DNA from: Octopus vulgaris
Taxonomy: Eukaryota
DNA: 248,000 nt
Direction of reading: 5' to 3'
Assembly: GCA_951406725.2 (NCBI GenBank)
Contig: OX597823.1
Coordinates: forward strand, 26,060,001 to 26,308,000
Below the pieces are notes generated by a model that was not told where the DNA came from, made no database searches, and saw nothing but the letters and a program-made list of their open reading frames with translations. Made by a program: the position numbers and the translations under genes. Position 1 is the first letter of the stretch. Every line of letters starts with the position of its first letter. This document shows, one piece after another, positions 217,101 through 230,870 of this stretch.

Positions 217101-217366
217101 AACCAAGATGATGGAAAAATATTTTATATAGGTTCTGAGAGGTAATGGTGTCATTGAGACCCAAAGGTGTCAGGTAATGCTGAATAAGTGCAATAGATGG
217201 ACTGCAGTTAAGTTCCAGGTTCGGTGATTATACAAATAAGGGGTTTAACATTGGTCATATGTCAGCGTGTGTATATAAAAATTCTATTTTGTAATGAGAT
217301 AAAGAACCAAGGCTGTGTAGATTTTAGAACATTTATAGATAGAATGTCTCTCTCTCTCTCTTTCTT

Positions 217367-217403
<37 letters not shown>

Positions 217404-218529
217404 ATATATATATATATATATAATATGAAGGTAGTCTTGCTTTCTCCTCAGTAATTTTGAAGTTCTAACCCCTAAAGAGGACATAAGGTTTGACAGCTGG
217501 AGGATAATAATTTCAAACCAGTTATGTTCCCTTCAAGTTTATAGTAAGAACCTTGTATTTTTTCTTAGTTGCATGATTACAGATATATAAACATTCTGAC
217601 TGCACTGAAGCTGAATGAAACTCCTCTAGTTTGGAACTGTGATATTTTTATTAGTCCTACATATTGTATTGCAGTATTATAACCACAACATTGTTATAGA
217701 GTTAAGTTGTAACTCAAGTAGAGTTACAACAAAGAAGTTTGTGATGGCGAGCTGGCAGAAACGTTAGCATGCCGGGTGAAATGCTTTGCGGTATTACATC
217801 TGCTGTTACATTCTGAGTTCAAATACTGCTGAGGTTGACTTTGCCTTTCATCCTTTTGGGTTTGATTTGTATTCCGCGATATATATATATATATATTATA
217901 TAAAATCCATTCTGTCTGTCTGTGTGTGTCTTCTAGGATCTTGGGCATCCTCCATCTGATTGCGCTCAAATTTGATATGTAGATACCAACAGTATCAGGG
218001 CGTGTATAAGTCTTGAAAAATTTACAAAAATCAATTTCAGGTGAGAATGGGAACGTGCATTTGTACGCGCAAGTACATCAGCTGTTGCAATTGATACTAT
218101 GCATACACAAGAAAAATGCATGTGCAGTTTGCGCAAAAAAAGCTGGCTGGCTTGAAATAATGCCACAAAATGGGATGGTCGGACAAGTTGTTTTGAAAAA
218201 ATTTGGTTTAGATGTTTGATAACTCAGCATCGTTCATTGGACGGGGGGTGTTTTGTTCGTATATATATATATATATACACATCACCCTGATCACCGTGAC
218301 CGACCAGGCTATCAGATGTTGCTACACATCGCTGGTCACAATGCACTTCACATTGTTTTAGCCTTCAAATGACGCCACCCTGCTGGCTAAGCGAGCAGGC
218401 CAATATATCAGCCGAAATTGTGAGGATGATCCGGTTCTTGACTGAAGATTGAAGGCTTCGAATGTCCCATCCATGTTTTTTGTATCGTCTTCTAAATGTT
218501 TTGTGTTCTTGTCCCAGTTTGTATTTTTT

Positions 218530-218579
<50 letters not shown>

Positions 218580-221500
218580 TACATGTATTTATGTGTTTGC
218601 TTACATCTGTGATGACTTGTATGAAAGTTACAGCAGATGGAATTATTGTCAGTTTTCCTGTGATCAAATCATCTGGTCACTGTGTCTTTAAAACAATGTG
218701 GAATAAGAGAGTCCTTATCTGAGTAAACAGGTGAATATCAGGCACAGCATCAGGCTGTAAAATAATACCTCAAATAACATAGTCGTCCAAATCATGGAAG
218801 CATAGCAAAATGGATGTAAAAGAAACAAATGACTAGTAAGAAGGGAGAAGAGTGAACAAATATAAAAATAATGATAATGATGATGATGACCACACACACA
218901 CATATACACACACTTTGTTGCCTGTGTCCGACTGACCTCTAATTATCTGACAATTCAAAAGGGAATATTTAATTATTTTTTAAAAAATTCCAGTTGCATT
219001 ATAATGGAAGGCAAGGTTTACGATATCGGGAGAATATCGCCTTCCTCCATTATTTCTTTTTGTTGTTCGTGTAGTTCTGGCTCCGGCAGGCGAAGCGAGT
219101 ACAAGTTTCACAGGAGAGGTAAAGTGTGCTGCTCTCAGCAACCATCTTTAGCTGTGTGCGTTATGTCGTAGCTCCATTAATGTGGGCCCATTGCCTCTGG
219201 ATGTACAACATACAGACAGGCCCAGCCAATGTAGTGCACTCAGCAAGCGCTGCAGCTAAGAGGCAGCAAAAGAAGAAGAATCTCAATCTGTTTTGCTCTT
219301 ACATACAGTTAGCCATTGCGAGCCTCGTTGTTATCTTGTGCATGGCAAATGGATGCAGGTGAGATTTTGCTCCAGTCTCGGAGATGGCAATAGCTGCTGT
219401 GAGATCCCATCCAATATGGCACTGACTGATTGTGCCACTACAGCCTCTCCGTATATTTACTCTTTATCTACTCAGTCTTACCTTGTCCTTATATCTCCTC
219501 AGTACTATCCACACCCCTCAGTGAGAAATTCTTTTTCCCGCCAGATGAAGAGACACACAAGAAATGTTTGGTTCATCCTCCCTTCATGGCATACAAACTT
219601 ATCCAAAATCATGAGCTCCTTTGAATAATTCTAATAGCATACTACCATTTCTCTCCCTCGCTTTTTCTTTCTATTTATTACTAAGAATTCTCCCCAACCA
219701 AAATATTTATTTCAGTATTTCCTCTTTTCTACTTTAAAAAGAAGAAAACTTTGATGAAGACCTTCATCAGTGTTGATGGCTGAGAAGTCACAGTGCCTGC
219801 AATAGATGTTTTGTTGTGTCTGACTATCTCAACCCACTAGCATAGCCAGGGTGTGTACCACCTAGGGCAGCCCTTCAGCTTGCTGCCTCTGGGCACTCAC
219901 AAAAAATATTGCTTACAGCAGACCCAAAAGTGGTGCCATCCAGGGCAGACCACCCACACACTCTGCTACCCTCTAGCTGTGCTAGTGTCTCAGCCTGCCT
220001 AAGCTCCATCTCAACTTCATGTTTTAGTTACAAATATTAGAAACAATAGACAAATACAGAAATGGCAGAGCAAAATCAAAAACTTGTTTTTAATTCTTTT
220101 GTTTGGCTAAAGAAAATAGCTTTCAATTTTTTTTTTTTATATTAGTCAAAGACAGGATCTGCCTGGTTAACTCAATACAGTTGACATTCAACATGAACTT
220201 CTGTAGGGCAAAGGTCAGTGTTCCCATTTAAATTTTGAAATAATGAATTCTTTTGTTGTTTGTTATCAAATTATCTTCACATTCAGATTATATAGAACAA
220301 TCTGTTTTAACTTCACAAGTCCCTAAAGTGTCATTAAAGAAACATTTGAATGGGATTTGTTGACACGGTTGCCAATAATGGGGTACAAAATCTTTAAGCG
220401 ACAAAATTTCTTATGATAAACCAGAAAAATCATTCAGGTAGACATTTAGCTCTCAGCTTTCATTCATGTTTCCTGGAGTGGGCTGAACTTAAGGCTAAAC
220501 TTACGAATTTGTTCAAAGAATTCTTTGCTTAGAAAAGCAATTTGGTCCTTTGATTAGAGAGCTGAACAAAAATGGAAATTTTGTGGTTCACTTTTAAACT
220601 TGTACTAGGTTATACAACGAAGCATAACTGATTTCTCTCTCTCTCTCTCTCTATTTCTCTCCCTCCATCCCCCTCTCTCTCTTTCCCTCCCCCTCACACA
220701 CACACACAATACTTTTGAATTCTGGTGTTAAAAAAATACCTTTGCTCTAACTTGACTACAATTGAAAAAAGACTAAAGAGGAACTAACAAAATGGTATTT
220801 CGAGGAATATTAGCAGATGAAATACAAAGACCATGCTTTGGTAACACAATAGTGTTAATAAAGATTTCAAATGTAGGCACAACTACACTTTAAGAGAAGG
220901 TTTGGGTAATTATATTAACCCCAGTATTTAACTGGTATTTATTCTATTGACCACAGCAGAACCAATATCCTAAAACCACCTTATCAATTCATATTCATGA
221001 AAAGCTCTGCTCTGTCAACTTTCTCCCCCCCCCCCCCATCCACATTTCATCCCAAACACCCACCGCTTCCTCTATCACCTGAAAGCAGAATAGGCACATA
221101 CTACACCTGCTAGCTTTCTTAGTTACTGCTGCTGCCTCCCAGTTACCTTTCTTCCTTCACCTACTGTCTCCATCAATCACCTCCTCTCTGTGTTGTTTTC
221201 TGTTGCCAACTCCTGGCTTACCTGTTCCCACCCTCAATGCCCTCTCATATCTAATGTAAACCCTGCTCCCTGCCCACCAGTCTCTCCTATATTTCTCTCT
221301 TTCATTTGCTGCAGTCTTCTCAATCCTCCCCACTCACCCAACCCAATCCTCTCACTACCCCCAATGTCCCTCAAGGGCATATCCTAACACAGCCATCATC
221401 TCTCTCTCACTATCACTCTCCAACTCACTCTCCTTTCTACTCTGCAGCAAAACACCTATATCTATCCCCTCTATCCCTTAAATCCCTCACAACTGGCAAA

Positions 221501-224181
221501 AAGCTACATACACTCAATACTATTCCCCACTCCCAGCTGAGGGTTTTTTTTATGTTGCAAGGTACTTGATGACAGTGTCAGTGTTGGTGCCACATTAAAA
221601 GCACTGGTGCTGGTGCAACGTAAAAAAAGTACCCAACACGCTCTGTAAAGTTGTTGGCATTAGGAAGAGTATCTAACTGGGGAAACCCTACCAAAATGGA
221701 CAATGGAACCTGGCATGACTCCTAGCCTTGTTAGCTGCTGTCAACCCATCCAATCCATACCTGCATGGTAAAAGGATGTGAAATAATGATGGTGATAACA
221801 AAACAATGAAAAGCAAAGTTTACCACAGAAAGAATTGAACTCAAGACCTAAAGGGTCGTAATTAAATATCATAATTAACTGCTGCAAGTATTTTTATTGA
221901 CCATGCTACTAATTCTGTGAACCCATCACCCTTTTTGTTAATGACAAGAAAATAAAGAGAAACATGAAGTCAAAACTCCAACGAGCCACTTGTTATTTGT
222001 CAGAAGTCTATTAATTGGTCAGTTAATGATGGTATGTAAGGAGAGTCACAAGAATTGATAGTTTAATAATGGTAATGATTGGTACAAATCACATTGGAAA
222101 TAAAAGAGAAAAGATGTATGTTGGTTAGAGCCATGAGACAAAGGATGGTTTTCTTTGGAGAAGTATATGTACAAGTGTACCTATACATTAAAAGAATTAA
222201 CACTAAACTGTTGTACTTTATGTAAATGCTGCTTTTGAATTATCTTATTTCTAAAGAATTCTATTTTCCTACACCAATAAATGTGCAATCTTGTTCATAC
222301 AGTCATCTTTCCATTAAAACTTTAGCAAGTACAGTTCATATTGACCAAGTATGTCCAGAATTTACCACTCACATTTTTTGAAAAAAATGAATGTAATATT
222401 ACTCATTCTCTAATACTGTGTTTGACTCAGAACATATTTATTTGCATCTAAATTTTTAATGTAGCATCCATTAAACATGTTAACACTTGCTTTCATATCA
222501 ATGGTTAGTCTACAAATTAAGTATCAGTGCAGTTAGTCTATCTTTGTATTAAATATGTTAACACTTACATACTACTTATCAGTAGTACCTGTTACCACCC
222601 TCAATGCCCTCTCATATCTAATGTAAACCCTTACAACAGGTAAACCAATGGCAAAATCTCTGCAAGAAATAGCAGCCAAATCACATATCCAAGCATCTTT
222701 GAAAAAAGGAAGTATAAATCATTGGTTTTTGAGTCATATGAGATTTATCACTAATCTTATCAAACAAAGCTTTCTTCAATTTGATAGAGGTGTTCCAGTA
222801 TGGCCATGGCCATGATGATCAAAATAAAGTGAAGAGTTAATTTTGTTTATTTGTGGATATATAAAAATAATTTCATTTCCTTGTTAAAATGCTTCTTTAG
222901 ATTAGCTTCATTGAACTTCAATGAGAATTAAAACAATGGCCGTCTTATTTTAGGTAGAATTTAGGTCAAGGCTATACAAAGATTCCAAATTTTGAGTGGT
223001 CTGACATTGTTTCTCATTTTAATTACAAAAATTTTTCAGGACTTCTCAGAGTATAAAAAAATTTGTCTTATTTTACATTTTCAGATGCCCTGAAAAAATA
223101 GTGGGTCATATACCCTATGATATACCCTATCATCCCCTTCCTTAATTAAACAGTAAAAAAAAAAAACAAAAAAACTTTGCTGTTCCTTAAGTCACATCCT
223201 ACTGGCTTGAAAAAGGAAAGACACATTGAATAATGTAATCCAGGATACACTATTCCGGAAAAAAAAAACTCATTAAAATATTGCAATATAATCATAGCTG
223301 GAACTCCTTTGATCATAGATCAGCTCTGTCAGGGTTGACTTGGGGCTAAACAACAACAAAAACACGATATTGGTAATAATGTCCATCAGTCTTAACAATA
223401 AGTATTCAATTGTTCAACTAACTGAATTCTTACTTGTGAAATTTATATGTAAGTGGTTGAGTATTCCAAAAGCACATGTCCTCCCTTAGTGTAATTCTCT
223501 GGCTAAATCAGCATGACACAATGTGGTAAAGCTGGGCTGGATCTTTGAATTAAAAGAAAGAGAAGAGAATAATTAATTCCAGTGTTCAACTGATACTTTA
223601 ATTCACAGCCCTAGAAGAATAACAGGCAAGGTCGACCTTGGTGGGATTTGAACTGGAATATATATTTCCTTGGATGTTGTGGACAAGGCTGTATATTACA
223701 TGCAATGCTTTAATAATTCTGTCAGTTTCTATGTTATAAGTTAGTAAATATTATTTAGATTGTCCTGAATGAGCCAGTGCGGCTAGAACTGATTGAGTAT
223801 CAGGGTGATAACCACAAAGCCAACAGTTCAAAGGCTATCATTAGTTCTTATGGCCCCCTCAACTGGTTTCCATGTGTCCTCTGGAGGTCCATATAAGATT
223901 TTGTTATTGAAATTTTTCTGCAATAAATTGGTTATACTCTAACAGTACTCTTTTACTTGTTCCAGTCATTTGACTGTGGCCATGCTGGAGCACTGTCTTT
224001 AGTCGAGCAAATCGACCGCAGGACTTATACTTTGTAAGCCTAGTACTTATCCTATTGGTCTCTTTTGCCGAACTACTAAGTTACGGGGACGTAAACACAC
224101 CAGCATTGGTTGTCAAGCAATGTTGGGGGGACAAACACAGATACACAAACATATACACAGACACACACACACATGCGCGCG

Positions 224182-224212
<31 letters not shown>

Positions 224213-225298
224213 GACGGGCTTCTTTCAGTTTCTATCTACCAAATCTACTCACAAGGCTTTGGTTGGCCCTGAGGCTATAGTAGAAGACACTTGCCCAAGG
224301 TGCCACGCAGTGGGACTGAGCCCGGAACCATGTGGTTGGTAAGCAAGCTACTTACCACACAGCCACTCCTATGCCTACGTACATAAAATATTTTTGATAG
224401 TTTATACAATTCCTAGTAAAATTTAATTATAAAAATACAGGGTTTTTTTTTAATATATATTGATCAGATTGGAACCTGGTACAGCCTCCTGGCTTGCCAG
224501 TCCTCAGTCAAACTGTCCAACCCATGCCAGCATGGAAAGTGGACATTAAACGATGATGATAATGATGATGATGATGATTGAATGGCTATGGAGACCCCAA
224601 AGAGTAAAATAGGAATGAAAGGGGGCCCATAAGCAAAACATGGTTGAGAACCAGTGATCTATGTTATGGAAGCATTTCATTCTTGAAAATCTTGCTGTAA
224701 CATAGAATTCTATAATGCATAACCTATTCCATTGATTCCATGTTATGTGGAAGTCCAGGAACAAGGAAATCAATGGCAAAATATCTCTTATGTTACCAAA
224801 TTCCATGTTGTGGCAGGATTTCTAAGCATGCAACATTTCCATAATACAGGTGATAGCTGTGCTTGGATGGCCACAAATGGAATGTTCTTGATGCTTGGTC
224901 AGCTCTATCAGAATTGGTTTGGGGCTAAACAATAGCATCAGTCACAACACACATCTGCTTGAAGTGACACAGTCGAGGCAGGTTACTTATTCTTGATTTG
225001 AAATTTAATAATTATTTCTAAGAGTTTGTTGATTAACTAATGTTTAAGTATGGAGGTTTCTCTCATAAATTCTATTTATTCAGTACACAGCATTTGGACA
225101 AGTGGGGCCTCTATTGAGGTTTTATTAATGATTTGCTTTGTTCTGTTTTTCTCTCCACCTTCTCACCTCTTTATTTGATGCTTTGATACCCTTTCTCCTC
225201 TGTTTTTCTTCTTTTATACCTATCTCTCCTCCTGCTTCCCTCTGCCTCCATCTCTCTGACTATCTGTCTCTCTATCTTTGTCTGACTATCTGTCAGCC

Positions 225299-225334
<36 letters not shown>

Positions 225335-225659
225335 CCAAACACCCTTTTGAGTGAACATACCAAATTCATACACATACTACAAGTGAGGAAACCTCTATGT
225401 GGTTGTTCTGTCTACTAGAAATAGCAACTAAATCCTCTCTATTATCTAAAACAAGAATAAAATAGGGACGTGTTGGAAAATGTAGTCTTAGATACCTTTA
225501 AAAAAAAAAGGTGGTGGCCACTACTGAAATGCTTTTGATCATAGGTCTGCCTAGTCATGACCGAACTGGGGTTACACAACAAAAACTATACATTATTATC
225601 ACCAAGATTGTGACCACCACCATAAGCTATAATTTTAAATGGTTTATGGTATTTTGTAC

Positions 225660-225830
225660 CACTGCCACGTTGCTGCTGCCACCACCACAACTACTGTCAC
225701 CACTGCCACCACCACCACTGCCACCGCCACTGCCGCCGCCACCACCGCCACCACCACTACCGCCACCATCACCGCCGCCGCCGCCGCCACCACCACCACC
225801 ACCACCACCGCTACCACCATCATCACCACA
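225660..225830. repeat. (CCA/CCG)n microsatellite
   Basis: Read directly; source of the Pro/Gly/Thr ORFs. Confidence 0.95.
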
Positions 225831-226299
225831 GCTATAAGCTATGCTTCTGAATTTTAAATATTTTCGATAAATCTTGTAGTTCCTGTTTTGGGAATATTTT
225901 TTTTCTTCCACAGAATCTCTGAGATGAGTCATAGGCAATAAACGACCTACCACAGTGGTACATAGGGAGCTGCACTGTTGCTCTGTAGGCGAAGAACACT
226001 GCTAACAACATCTGGAAGAAGTCATGTAAAATGACCACCAGGAAAGGAGCATCTCACATCTTTCAAATCATAGCTAGCTCTTCTTGCCTCTTGCTAAGAT
226101 GGTTTCACACTGCCTTTCCAAATTCAGTTTGACTTCTGAACTAAGCAGTGAGGGAAGCTTCATTTACTTTTTTACTATTTTACTTTACTTGGAAACAGGT
226201 GGGGGTTTCCACGTAAAGGTGGGCATCCAATCAGAGATAATCTGCCTCATCAAATTTCATCTGACCTGTGCAAACATAAAAAAGCAGATGTTAAAAATG

Positions 226300-226343
226300 A
226301 TGATGATGGTGGTGGTGGTGGTGGTGGTGGTGATGTTGTTGTT

Positions 226344-226418
<75 letters not shown>

Positions 226419-226450
226419 GGTGGTGGTGGTGGTGGTGGTGGTGGTGGTGT
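226300..226450. repeat. Compound (GGT)n(GTT)n(GGT)n microsatellite
   Basis: Read directly. Confidence 0.95.
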
Positions 226451-226895
226451 CTGCATTCATTGAACTGTGGCCATATTAGGGCAACACCTTCACAAGATTA
226501 AAGTGGGCCAACTACCAGATATAATCTTTTGCTATTTTCATTGTTGGAGCAACACCTTGCAAAGTTTAAAGTGGGAAGACTACAAATAAGCTACAAATAT
226601 ACTCTTACCATTTTCAGTCATTGGACTGTGGTCATACTGGGGCAACAGCTTCAAAACCCAATATATACTCTTTTACTGCCTTCAATTATTGGATTATACT
226701 CTTTACTTGTTTCATTCATTTGACTGTGGCCATGCTGGAGCACTGCCTTTTAGTCGAGCAAATCAACCCCAGGACTTATTCTTTGTAAGCCTAGTACTTA
226801 TTCTATTGGTCTCTTTTGCTGAACTGCTAAGTTACGAGGATGTAAACACACCGGCATTGGTTGTGTTGGGACAAACACAGACACACAAACATATA

Positions 226896-226969
<74 letters not shown>

Positions 226970-227538
226970 CATACATATATATGACGGGCTTCTTTCAGTT
227001 TCTATCTACCAAATCCACTCACAAGGCTTTGATCGGCCCTAGGCTATAGTAGAAGATGCTTGCCCAAAGTGCCACACAGTAGGACTGAACCTGGAACCGT
227101 GTGGTTGGTAAGCAAGCTACTTACCACACAGCCACTCCTGTGCCTATAAAAATAAATGTTCTTTCTCTAGCCATGCCAGGCTTATAAGGGCTGGTTTCCC
227201 GGTTTCAGTGGCGTAGAAATTCCCCACCTGGATGGGATGCCGGTCTGTTGCAGGATTACTCACTTTTGCCAGTTGAGTGGACTGGAGCAACATGAAATGA
227301 AGTGTTTTGCTCAAGAACACAACACATCGCCCACTCCAGGAATTGAAACCACAACCTTACGATCATGAGTTCAACACGCTAACCACTAAGCCACGCGCCT
227401 CCACATGTCTATTCTAGAGCAGCAACTTCAAGAGCAAACAGCATACTCTTGCCTTGTTTTCACTCATGAGACTGTGGCCATATTAAAGCAAAGCCTTTGA
227501 TGTCATAGTCAATTATATTAACCCCAGTTTTTGTAGAC

Positions 227539-227757
227539 TAGTGGTTTTCAACCAGGATTCCGCAGAACCTTAGAGTTCCACCAGTACAGTCCAGGGGTTC
227601 CGCAAGAAGTTACAAAACTGCTAAAATCGGCAGTAATTTTTAATTCTCCTGTGCAGATATGTGTGCATAAGACTATTAAATTATTGCACAGGAGTTCCTC
227701 GAGCCAGTGGAATGTTTCCTTGGGGTTCCGCTCCAGCAAAAAGTTTGAAAAGCACTG
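227539..227757. mobile_element. hAT MITE
   Basis: TIRs TAGTGGTTTTCAA / TTGAAAAGCACTG; perfect TSD TTGTAGAC. Confidence 0.85.
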
Positions 227758-228669
227758 TTGTAGACCATAGTTTTTATTTTACCAAAGTCAACCTTTGATA
227801 GATGCTACCAAGTGCAGTTGCTCAACCAGCTTAGTTACCTCAATATATCAAGTATTTAATATTCTGCAGTTTAGTGATTATCCCAATTATTTCAGCATCA
227901 TTGAAATACATTGTTTCTCTTTAGTCTTCATTCTCTGGTGCAAAAAATGTAAATAAAATAAAATAAAATAAAATAAAATAAAATTCAATAAAAACAAAGC
228001 AAGAACAAAAAGAAGCATCAACAAGCAATCCACACTAACAAACATGGTTGATAAGAACTTGTGCAGATTCTATCAATTTGTTTGCTCATGAAGGAAGGCA
228101 AAGAATAGAACGCTATGAAGCTGGAAAGGGAATAAGAGAAAAAGGAAAAAAAAAGAAAAAAAAAAAGAGAAGCAGACAAGAAAATCAAAAACAAACCAAA
228201 ACAAACTAAACAACAAGCATTTAAAACAAATGTACACATATCAAAAAAAAAAAAAATAAAATAAAACCACAATGAGTTAACATGTTCTGAAGATTGAGAA
228301 AGCTGAAAGTGAGTCAGCAGTCTAAAGAAGCTGATCGCTGTTACAGTGAAAAAGATTCCAAAATCAATGGAAGTTCTGCAAGTATTTTCAGAGGATGACC
228401 TGGATCTCCAGTGCAACAACATTTGCAATCCGGACTGACTGCAAGCAAGGTGATTCATTTCTGCTGATTCCATAAAGAAGAGTATTCGAAACTGTTGAAG
228501 CTCAGTTTTGTTGTAGTTTGGGCCATTCTTGCAAGCGGCAACAGCACCAGTAGCAGAAGCCAGCTCTTGCTCTATTTCCTCTTTTCCCATCTATTTCATT
228601 CTCTCTCCTTCTAAAATCAAAATCATTGTCAGTTTTCAGACTTTTTCTCTCTCTCTCACCTTTATTATC

Positions 228670-228673
228670 ACCA

Positions 228674-228704
<31 letters not shown>

Positions 228705-228800
228705 CTTCTTCTTCTTCTTCTTCTTCTTCTTCTTCTTCTTCTTCTTCTCCTCCTCCTCCTCCTCCTCTTCCGCCTCTTCCCCCTCCTCCTTCCTCATCCT
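228670..228800. repeat. (CTT)n(CCT)n microsatellite
   Basis: Read directly. Confidence 0.95.
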
Positions 228801-228861
228801 CTTCCTTCTTTTCATTCACCTTTTTATTTCTTGGGTACACTTTTTCCTTAATTTAGACAAT

Positions 228862-228928
<67 letters not shown>

Positions 228929-229086
228929 ACCTGTATATCTGGTTCTTCTTGTTTCTCAATTTTCCTGTATTTTCTATCCATTATGGCAGATGCTATAATT
229001 AAAATCCTTCTTTCCCCGAATATGTATCCTTCTGGAATCATTTTCTCTGTCCATGCTTTACTTCTAAACACTATCCCTACCCCATA

Positions 229087-229134
<48 letters not shown>

Positions 229135-229766
229135 CATTTGTGTAGAAATACACATATACATATGTACATATATGTATATGTACATATGTATATACATATG
229201 TGCATATATATCACTTTTACTCTTTTACTTGTTTCAGTCACTTGACTATGGCCATGCTGGAGCACTGCCTTTAGTCGAGCAAATCGACCCCAGGACTTAT
229301 TCTTTGTAAGCTTAGTACTTACACTATCGGTCTCTTTTGCCGAACTGCTAAGTTACGGGAACATAAACACACCAGCATTGGTTGTCAAGCGACGTTGGGG
229401 GGACAAGCACAGATACACAAACATATACACACACACACACATACATACATACATAAATACATATATACATACATACATACATACATACATACATTTATAT
229501 ATGTATATACATATATACATATATATATTTATACGATGGGCTTCTTTCAGTTTCTGACTACCAAATCCACTCACAAGGCTTCGGTCGGCCCGAGGCTATA
229601 GTAGAAGGCACTTGCCCAAGGTACCACACAGTGGGACTGAACCCAGAACCATGTGGTTGGTAAGCAAGCTACTTACCACACAACCACTTCTACACCCCTA
229701 TATATATATATATATATATACATACATACATACATATATAAATATATATACAAATATATATATATG

Positions 229767-229828
<62 letters not shown>

Positions 229829-230024
229829 TAATAATTATTTGAGGGAATATTAATCCAAACTTACAGGGAAAAAAATTCAATTTAGAAATACTAAATCAAA
229901 TTTCACACAATATAATATAAAAAATTAGAAAAAAAACACCTTTTATCAATTCATTATAAGTAATTTTCTAGATGGTGTAATAATTGTTCATTTTGAATTG
230001 ATAAAAGGTGGTTTTTTTCTAATT

Positions 230025-230058
<34 letters not shown>

Positions 230059-230574
230059 GTACATATATGTATATGCACATATATGTATATGTACATATGC
230101 GTGCGCACACACACACATACACACACAGAAACATAGCAGCGTGGTTTAGAAATTCTCTTTGCAACCATGTGGTTTTGGGGTTTTGCTCCTGCTGCATGGT
230201 ACAGTGGGCACATGCCTTGGGCTGACTAATGCTTTGTAAGCTAAATTGGTAGATAGACACTTTACAGAAGCCAGTTCATTTCGTGTGTGTGTGTCTAATG
230301 TGCATTTATTAATGATAGCTTTGCCTATGTTTGAGCCTCAGTGAGAAATTATGTGTCAGCCCATGATTCACCACAACAACAAATATGAAAGGAAAAGAAG
230401 TGAAAAATTGAAAGTGTGGTGCCTGAACTCACAATTTTTGAAAGCTTGTCTTCCATCTTTGAAATAACTCCTCAAGTTGCTGCATCCAGAAATTTGTTCC
230501 ATTTATTAATTAAAATCCCTGGAAGTAGTGACTCACTTTGACTCCTGTTCTGTGACTGAAACCAGTGAAAATAA

Positions 230575-230870
230575 ATGTATGCATGTATGTATGTATGCAT
230601 GTATGTATGTATGTATGTATGTATGTATGTATGTATGTATGTATGTATGTATGTATGTATGTATGTATGTATGTATGTATGTATGTATGTATGTATGTAT
230701 GTATGTATGTGTGTGTATGTATGCATTATGTGTGTATGTATGTACGTATGTATGTATGTGTGTATGTATGTACGTACGTATGTATGTATATGTGTATGTA
230801 TGTATGTATGTATGTGTGTAGGTATGCACGTACATACATATGTACACGTATGTATGTGTGTGTGTGTGAA
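230575..230870. repeat. (TATG)n microsatellite
   Basis: Read directly. Confidence 0.95.
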